Assembly (NCBI GenBank): GCA_030594205.1 | Contig: JAUVFR010000001.1 | Coordinates: 156,252 to 220,251 of the forward strand | Length of the DNA stretch: 64,000 nucleotides | Source: Methanobacteriota archaeon | GTDB taxonomy: Archaea; Thermoplasmatota; Thermoplasmata; RBG-16-68-12; JAJISG01 | Direction: 5' to 3' | Part shown: positions 58,243 through 64,000 of the stretch, piece by piece | How the letters are laid out: every line of letters starts with the position of its first letter | Numbering within the stretch: position 1 is the stretch's first letter | Notes under the pieces: model-generated | The model's database searches: none | What the model was told of the DNA's origin: nothing | Seen by the model: only the letters and a program-made list of their open reading frames with translations | Position numbers and translations under genes: made by a program

Positions 58243-59811
58243 GTGGCATCCAAGATTCGTGTGTTCCGAACCAGGGGCGGCACCCACCGCTTCTCCGCTC
58301 AGGAGCGAAGCGGCCCACTGTTTCGAACGACCGTCCTCGCACTCCTCTTGCTGTTGACCGTCCTAACGTGGTATCCCGCCACGACCGAGGGCCAGGGAGT
58401 CGGTCGGTTCTGGGCAAGGGAAACGGTGGAGGCGGGGACGCCCTCCGGCCTCCATACGAGCGTCGTCCTGGGGCCCACGGGCGCGCCACACATCACCTAC
58501 ATCGATCGAGGATCGGATGCGGTGAAATATGCGGTACTTCGCCCTGGAGGCTGGGACATCGAAGTAGTCGACATCAATGGGGGTTTCACGGGGGGCACGA
58601 GTCTCGTTCTTGACGCCACGGGTCGTCCTCACGTCAGCTACTTCAACGGCCGGGCGGGAATGGTCGTGTACGCGGTCCGAAACGAGTCCGCTTGGCAGCG
58701 CACGCCGGTCGACCGGGGGTCCTTCCTGGGACCAAACAGCCTCGCCGTGGATTCGTCCGGCCTCGTCCATCTGGCGTACGCCTTTCCCAACGCGAAGCTT
58801 CAGTACGCGTCCTGGGATGGGGCCCGCTGGACCATCGAGCAGGTCGATACAAGAAGAATCGCCGTGCACTACCTCTCTCTGGCCCTCGACAGCGACGATC
58901 GGCCCCACATCGCGTACTACGGCAACGCCAGTCTGAACTACGCATCCTGGAGCGGGCAGGCTTGGACGCTAGAGACGGTCGACGCGTCCGGCAATACCGG
59001 TCTGTACGCCAGTCTGGCCCTTGATGTGGACGATGTCGCCCACGTAGCGTATCGGGACTTCGTCACGCGGGACCTGCGTTACGCTCGCCTGGCCAATGGT
59101 TCCTGGCAGCTCGAGACCGTGGACTCGGCCGGTGACGCAGGCTGGTTCGCGAGCATCGCTGTGGACGAGGAGAACGTCGTCCACATGGCCTACTATGAGC
59201 GCATCCGCTCCGAGCTCCGCCACGCGCGTCGACAGTCCACCGCGTGGTTTGTGGAGCAGGTCGACTCGGAAGGCGTCGTGGGCTGGGACACATCCCTCGC
59301 CGTGGATTCCCAAGGGGATCCCCACATCAGCTACTACGACTGGAGTCGCGGCAGTCTGCGGTACGCTAGGGGCATGCTGCGGTTAGCCGTCCGTACGCTC
59401 ACAGCTCCACAGGTCGCTCCGACCGAGGCCCTGCTACGAGGAGAGCTGGTTTCCCTTGGCGGGTTTGAGAACGCGCAGGTCTCGTTCCAGTGGAGGCCGA
59501 AGGGGGCGGCCTATTGGAATTCGACACCCGCCGAGGCGAGGAACGCGGAAGGTGTCTACGAGGCGGTCCTGACGGGTCTTGATCCCGATCGGGGTTACGA
59601 GTTCCGCGCGGCGGCGGACATGCAAGGGTTTCTCGAGGTGGGTGAAACGCTCACCTTCACAACGCCTACTGTGGTGGATGAGCAAGCAGTCCGTGCCTTC
59701 TACCAGGGCACCCTCATCGCTATTGCGGGACTCTCCGGCGTGCTCCTCCTATGGCTCCTCTTCGTCATCAGGCGAGGGATGCGAGAGCGGCGGCGTGAGA
59801 AGGGCCTGTGA
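58243..59811 (+). CDS. Secreted/membrane-anchored beta-propeller-like repeat protein (about 7 repeats of ~45 aa) with C-terminal TM anchor
   Basis: 522 aa. Repeating unit W..E.VD..G..G...SLA.D..G.PHI.Y.......L.YA (e.g. GWDIEVVDINGGFTGGTSLVLDATGRPHVSYF; AWTLETVDASGNTGLYASLALDVDDVAHVAYR). N-terminal hydrophobic segment and C-terminal LIAIAGLSGVLLLWLLFVI. Confidence 0.6.
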   Translation: MASKIRVFRTRGGTHRFSAQERSGPLFRTTVLALLLLLTVLTWYPATTEGQGVGRFWARETVEAGTPSGLHTSVVLGPTGAPHITYIDRGSDAVKYAVLRPGGWDIEVVDINGGFTGGTSLVLDATGRPHVSYFNGRAGMVVYAVRNESAWQRTPVDRGSFLGPNSLAVDSSGLVHLAYAFPNAKLQYASWDGARWTIEQVDTRRIAVHYLSLALDSDDRPHIAYYGNASLNYASWSGQAWTLETVDASGNTGLYASLALDVDDVAHVAYRDFVTRDLRYARLANGSWQLETVDSAGDAGWFASIAVDEENVVHMAYYERIRSELRHARRQSTAWFVEQVDSEGVVGWDTSLAVDSQGDPHISYYDWSRGSLRYARGMLRLAVRTLTAPQVAPTEALLRGELVSLGGFENAQVSFQWRPKGAAYWNSTPAEARNAEGVYEAVLTGLDPDRGYEFRAAADMQGFLEVGETLTFTTPTVVDEQAVRAFYQGTLIAIAGLSGVLLLWLLFVIRRGMRERRREKGL

Positions 59812-59838
59812 AGGCGTCTCGCCTTTCGGGGTGCCCCC

Positions 59839-60816
59839 TCACTCCGCTAGGTGGCAGGCCACGAAGTGGCCGGGCCGAAGCTCACGTAACAACGGTTCTT
59901 CCACGTCGCAGAGTCCCTCCCTGGCAATCGGACATCGAGGGTGGAAGCGGCATCCCGCCGGGGGATTGACCAGGCTCGGCGGCTCCCCCGGGAGGGCGGG
60001 TCGTTCTCGGAACCGATTCTCCGGGTCCGGGTCGGGGATGGCTTCGATCAGGGCCTGGGTATAGGGATGCAGGGGCTCCGTGAGGAGACTCTCATGGGGG
60101 CCCATCTCTACGAGCTTTCCCGCGTACATGATGCCGATGCGCTCCGCGAAGTGGTGGGCCGTGGCTAGGTCGTGGGTGATGTGCAAGAAGCCCACTCCGA
60201 GATTCTCCTGAATCTCCTTCAGGATCCGGAGGATGCTCACCTTGACCGAGGCGTCTAGCATCGAAACCGGTTCGTCGGCCACGATGAACTCCGGATCGAG
60301 GATCATGGCCCGGGCGACCACGACGCGCTGCCGTTGGCCCCCACTGAGCATGTGGGGATACTTGTGGGCGAAGAACTCCGGCGGCGTAAGGTGAACGCTA
60401 TCCAACGCCGTGAGGATCCGCTCCCACCGTTCCTGCCGGTTCCCCAAGCCGTGGATGACGAGGGGTTCCTCCAACGCCTTGTTGACGGGATAGGTCGGGT
60501 TGAGACTGGAATACGGGTCCTGCGGGATCATCTGGGCCTTGCGGCGAAGCCACTTGAGGTCCTTGTCTTTCAGGTGGGTGACGATCTTGCCAGCGAACTG
60601 GATCTCCCCATCCGTGGGTTCGAGGAGCCGGAGGATGGTCCTTCCGAGGGTGGTCTTCCCGCTCCCGCTCTCTCCGACCAACGCGAGGGTCTCTCCTCGT
60701 TGAATCACGAGGGAGACGTCGTCCACGGCGCGAACGTGGAGGGGCCTCCGAAACATGCCGCCACCGATCTCGAACCACTTCGTGAGGCCAGTGAGGCTGA
60801 CGAGAGGCTCACCCAT
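59839..60816 (-). CDS. ABC transporter ATP-binding protein (OppF/DppF-type)
   Basis: 325 aa. Walker A GESGSGKTT, signature LSGGQRQRV, Walker B ILDEP-like FIVADEP, C-terminal oligopeptide-ABC extension with CRFHPRC. Confidence 0.9.
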   Translation of the reverse strand: MGEPLVSLTGLTKWFEIGGGMFRRPLHVRAVDDVSLVIQRGETLALVGESGSGKTTLGRTILRLLEPTDGEIQFAGKIVTHLKDKDLKWLRRKAQMIPQDPYSSLNPTYPVNKALEEPLVIHGLGNRQERWERILTALDSVHLTPPEFFAHKYPHMLSGGQRQRVVVARAMILDPEFIVADEPVSMLDASVKVSILRILKEIQENLGVGFLHITHDLATAHHFAERIGIMYAGKLVEMGPHESLLTEPLHPYTQALIEAIPDPDPENRFRERPALPGEPPSLVNPPAGCRFHPRCPIAREGLCDVEEPLLRELRPGHFVACHLAE

Positions 60817-62032
60817 CCTTCTCGCCCCCCTTCCTAAGGAGCAGGCAGGCGGCCCGGTGCGCCTCGCCGATCATATAGGGCGTGGTGGCTTCGTGGAGCG
60901 TGACGGCCACGCCGCCGTCCCGCACCTCGACCTTCGTGACCGCCTTGAAGGCCCGCGTGCTCTCTTCCTGCTCGTGAAACGCCTCTTCTAGAGCCTTCCG
61001 GTACGTCACCGGGTCCATACCGTCCTCCGGTTTGAGGACGAGCGTCAGGTCGTCCTCCACCTCGGCCTCTCCCCATCTGACGCCGCCATCCTCCCCCGAT
61101 GCCCGAAGGCGTTCGAGGATGTCGGCGAATTCCTGCGCACTCCACCCGCACTCCTCGAAGGAGACGGAGCAACGAGGATGGAAGCGGCAGGCAAACGGGG
61201 ACTCGATCAGGTCGGGGGGAACGCCCGGGATCGAGATTGGACTCTCCGAACTCCGCAGGATCGGGACGCTCTTCAGCAGGGCCTTCGTGTACGGATGCTT
61301 CGGACTCGGGTAGACGTATTCCGAGGGTCCAATCTCTCGGATCTGACCCGCATACATGATTCCAACCTCGTCCGCGAGCTCGCTGGCCAAGGCGAGGTCA
61401 TGGGTGATGAAAATGTAGGATAGCTCCTCCTCCTTCTTGAGCCGCTTGAGGAGGTTGATGATGTTGGTCTGGGTCATCACGTCCAGCGCGGAGGTCGGCT
61501 CGTCCAGAATCACGAGGCCGGGCCGCAGGATAAGCGCCATGGCGATGACGACGCGTTGTTTCATCCCCCCGCTCAGCTCGTGGGGATAGCTCCGTTCCAC
61601 GTACTCGGGGAGGCCCACGCTCCGGAGCGACTCGCTCGCCCTTGCCATGGCCTCCTCTTTCTCGGCGTCGAAGTGAATCTGGAGGGGCTCCGCCACCTGT
61701 TTCCCCACCCGAGCGGTGGGGTTCAGGGCGTTCATGGCGCCCTGAAACACCATGGAGATGCCCTGCCATCGAACGGTCTTCCGGAACTCCTCGTCGCTGA
61801 GTTCCATCACGTTTTTTCCATCCAACCGAACGATTCCGTCGTATCTCGCGACGTTCTTGGGGAGTAGTCGGAGGATGGCGGCGGCGGTGGAGGTCTTCCC
61901 ACAACCGCTTTCCCCTACGATGGCCAAGGTGTGACCCTTCTCGACCTCGAAGGAGATGTCGTCGACGGCCCGGACCGCCCCTCTCAGCGTGCGATAGTGA
62001 AAGTTGAGATGTTCGAGTTCCAGGATGGCCAT
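60809..62032 (-). CDS. ABC transporter ATP-binding protein (OppD/DppD-type) with about 100-aa additional C-terminal region
   Basis: 407 aa. GESGCGKTS, LSGGMKQRV, LILDEPTSALD, CRFHPRC, then an extra acidic/helical tail (QEFADILERLRASGEDGG...). 8-nt overlap with the downstream ATPase gene. Confidence 0.9.
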   Translation of the reverse strand: MAILELEHLNFHYRTLRGAVRAVDDISFEVEKGHTLAIVGESGCGKTSTAAAILRLLPKNVARYDGIVRLDGKNVMELSDEEFRKTVRWQGISMVFQGAMNALNPTARVGKQVAEPLQIHFDAEKEEAMARASESLRSVGLPEYVERSYPHELSGGMKQRVVIAMALILRPGLVILDEPTSALDVMTQTNIINLLKRLKKEEELSYIFITHDLALASELADEVGIMYAGQIREIGPSEYVYPSPKHPYTKALLKSVPILRSSESPISIPGVPPDLIESPFACRFHPRCSVSFEECGWSAQEFADILERLRASGEDGGVRWGEAEVEDDLTLVLKPEDGMDPVTYRKALEEAFHEQEESTRAFKAVTKVEVRDGGVAVTLHEATTPYMIGEAHRAACLLLRKGGEKDG

Positions 62033-62048
62033 ACGAATCCTCCCCGTG

Positions 62049-63473
62049 TCATTGCTCTCGCAGCCTCGGATTCAAAACTTTGTCGAAGGAATAACCGAGT
62101 AGTGCAAAGGCGACGGTCGCAAAGATGATGCCGGCGCTGGGGAGGGCGATCCACCACCAGAAGCCGTTGAACATGGCGTTGTTGTTGTAGGCGGTCCCCA
62201 GCAGGCTGCCCCAGGTCGGGAGGACGGGGTCCCCAAGGCCGAGGAAGGCGAGGGAAGCCTCGAGGAAAATGTAGGCGGGAACCGCCAGGGCGATGAGGGC
62301 AAACGTGTAGGGCATCACGCGGGGGAAGATGTGCTTGAAGAGGATGCGGATTTTGCTTGCGCCGTAGGACGTGGCCGACTCCACGTACTGCTCCTGCTTC
62401 ACCTGCAGGACGATGCTCCGAATGACCTTGGACGTGCCCCCCACAAGGCTGAAGGCGACCACCACGAAAAGAATCGCCCAGATGCTCGGCCGATAGAAGA
62501 TGGAGATGAGAATCAGGATGGGCAAGATGGGGATGATCAGAAAGAAGTCGGAGGCCCGCTGAACGGCCTCGTCGGTGCGCCCACCGTACCACCCGGAAAT
62601 AGCCCCAAAGACGGTCTGGGTCAAGATGACAATGAGGGCGGCGACGGTGCCAAAGGCGAGTGCCACGGGGGCGCCCCAAAGGATCCCCGTCAATAGGTCT
62701 CGCCGTAGGTGGTCGGTGCCCGCCAGGCCGAAAACTCGACCGAAGACAAGGAACCGGCCATCGATGTTGTCCTCGGAGTCGAAGGCGACCGCAATGACCC
62801 GGATCCCATACTCCCCTCTCATGAGGCGCGCTCGGTGGGGGTCGAGCATGTCCTCTCCGCCCTCCGCGAACAGGGTGACCTCGGGCTTCGGGAAGGCCAC
62901 ATCCGTGGCGTTGAAGTTGGAGGTGGCCCACGCGCGTATGTTCCGCAATGTCTCTGGCACGGTGATGGTCTGGGAGAAGGGGTAGCTGTTCGCCGTGGGC
63001 GCTTGATTCTCGGGCGTGGTTCGGAGAAGCTCGACGGTCTCTCCGTCGGGTCGCTCAAGCTGGACGGAGACCAGCGGGGTGATGTCTTTGAAGGTCGTAA
63101 AGAGACGGAAGGTCAGCTCGCCGGGGAAGTAGTCGGCACTGAAGTCGAAGGTACTGCGGAGGACAATCGTCGTGATACCAAACGTCTCGGACACGACCTT
63201 CGTCTTGCGGAAGTCCTCCGGCTGGATCGTAATGGTGCGAGGCAACGTACCGGGCACGAAGATGTCGGACCATTCAGGACCGGCAAGCCGCGGATTGTCC
63301 ACCCATGCCGAGACGTCCCCCCAAGTGGAGACGACGTCGAATGGGGCATAGATGGGCACGATGACGACCATCGCCAGGAGGGCCACAAGCATGCCGCCGC
63401 CGACGATTCCGGGCACCGTCCGAAAGGCATCTTTTAGGGTTGCGACAATTCCCAAGGCGGGTGGTGCGGCCAT
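62049..63473 (-). CDS. ABC transporter permease (OppC/DppC-type) with large N-terminal extracytoplasmic region
   Basis: 474 aa, one N-terminal TM, about 200 aa extracellular, then the 5-TM permease core with EAA-like motif (ATSYGASKIRILFKHIFP). Confidence 0.85.
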   Translation of the reverse strand: MAAPPALGIVATLKDAFRTVPGIVGGGMLVALLAMVVIVPIYAPFDVVSTWGDVSAWVDNPRLAGPEWSDIFVPGTLPRTITIQPEDFRKTKVVSETFGITTIVLRSTFDFSADYFPGELTFRLFTTFKDITPLVSVQLERPDGETVELLRTTPENQAPTANSYPFSQTITVPETLRNIRAWATSNFNATDVAFPKPEVTLFAEGGEDMLDPHRARLMRGEYGIRVIAVAFDSEDNIDGRFLVFGRVFGLAGTDHLRRDLLTGILWGAPVALAFGTVAALIVILTQTVFGAISGWYGGRTDEAVQRASDFFLIIPILPILILISIFYRPSIWAILFVVVAFSLVGGTSKVIRSIVLQVKQEQYVESATSYGASKIRILFKHIFPRVMPYTFALIALAVPAYIFLEASLAFLGLGDPVLPTWGSLLGTAYNNNAMFNGFWWWIALPSAGIIFATVAFALLGYSFDKVLNPRLREQ

Positions 63474-63477
63474 GTTC

Positions 63478-64000
63478 TCACGCCCCTCGGGTCGCCCTTA
63501 CCCGGGGGTCGAGGAGGCCGTAGGTGAGGTCAAGCACGAAGACCGTGGCGACCAGCAGGACCGCATAGACCGCAATGAGGCCGATGATTATGGGGGCGTC
63601 GAAGACTTGAATGGCCTGGAAGTACAGGAGGCCGATGCCTGGCCAGTTGAAGACTGTCTCGGTGATGATGGCCCCGAACCAGGAGCCAACGAGGGTGAGG
63701 GCCAGGGCGGTTACGATGGGAGGGGATGCCGCTCGGAGCACATATTTCCGCTGAACCGCTCCCTCGGACAGCCCCTTCGCACGCCCCGCCATGACGAAGT
63801 CCTCGTCCATGACCTGCAGCACGAGGTTTCGCGTCGTGTAGGCCCACGAACCGAAGATGGCAAAGACGACGGTCCCGAGCGGCAGCGCGAGGTGGTACAT
63901 GAAGTCGGCCGTGTACAACCAAGGATCCGTTGGTGGCGGTGTGGTCAAGAACCCCCCGGGCGGAAAGATTCGCAGCCCGTAGCCGAAAATGAGGATGAAG
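63478..64000 (-). CDS. ABC transporter permease (OppB/DppB-type), C-terminal part (continues past window end)
   Basis: Frame open to window end. EAA-loop region MAGRAKGLSEGAVQRKYVLRAASPPIV. 4-nt gap to the downstream permease gene. Confidence 0.8.
   Translation of the reverse strand, partial: FILIFGYGLRIFPPGGFLTTPPPTDPWLYTADFMYHLALPLGTVVFAIFGSWAYTTRNLVLQVMDEDFVMAGRAKGLSEGAVQRKYVLRAASPPIVTALALTLVGSWFGAIITETVFNWPGIGLLYFQAIQVFDAPIIIGLIAVYAVLLVATVFVLDLTYGLLDPRVRATRGA

Overview
This is a high-GC (about 60-65% by eye), gene-dense chromosomal segment that looks archaeal. The evidence is a group II chaperonin (thermosome) with a C-terminal GGM repeat, a CDC48/VAT ATPase, the primase large subunit PriL, an archaeal-type CTP-dependent riboflavin kinase domain, archaeal BRE/TATA-like promoters 22-30 nt upstream of leaderless starts, and genes resembling di-myo-inositol-phosphate synthesis. 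Most of the window is core housekeeping: a glmM-glmU-like-GT4 cluster, an IMPase-NAD kinase-JAMM cluster, a thermosome-grpE-dnaK-dnaJ-CDC48-NfeD-stomatin-Lrp-HtpX proteostasis block, and an Opp/Dpp-type ABC transporter. Two tRNA-linked accessory regions stand out. (1) A Tat-dependent NarG/NarH-type molybdoenzyme operon (alpha, beta, an EB_dh-like C-terminally anchored gamma candidate, a TorD/NarJ-like chaperone, and an unknown 8-TM protein) sits between an intact tRNA-Leu(CAG) and a truncated tRNA-Leu-like 3' fragment about 9.3 kb away. Next to that fragment is a roughly 150-bp duplicated piece of the 8-TM protein gene and a fusion of a VOC (glyoxalase-like) domain to an archaeal riboflavin kinase domain. 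(2) Downstream of tRNA-Thr(GGU), three direct repeats of 38-48 nt that share the tRNA's 3'-end core (tcccggcaacgg) divide about 8.4 kb into three segments. The segments carry a CocE/NonD hydrolase, an IPCT/DIPPS-like gene pair with a wHTH regulator, about 950 bp of decayed non-coding DNA, and a 1142-aa kinase-like-STAND(NB-ARC)-TPR protein. This looks like a tandem array of integrated-element remnants and is the best candidate in the window for an undescribed signalling or defence module. Other points: a partial divergent thermosome paralog with a degenerate ATP-binding motif at the window start, a frameshifted isochorismatase-family gene, and an orphan GHKL ATPase beside tRNA-Leu. Many long ORFs in the supplied track are antisense or overprinting artefacts typical of high-GC DNA and were not called. 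All calls rest on reading the translations by eye; no database search was possible.
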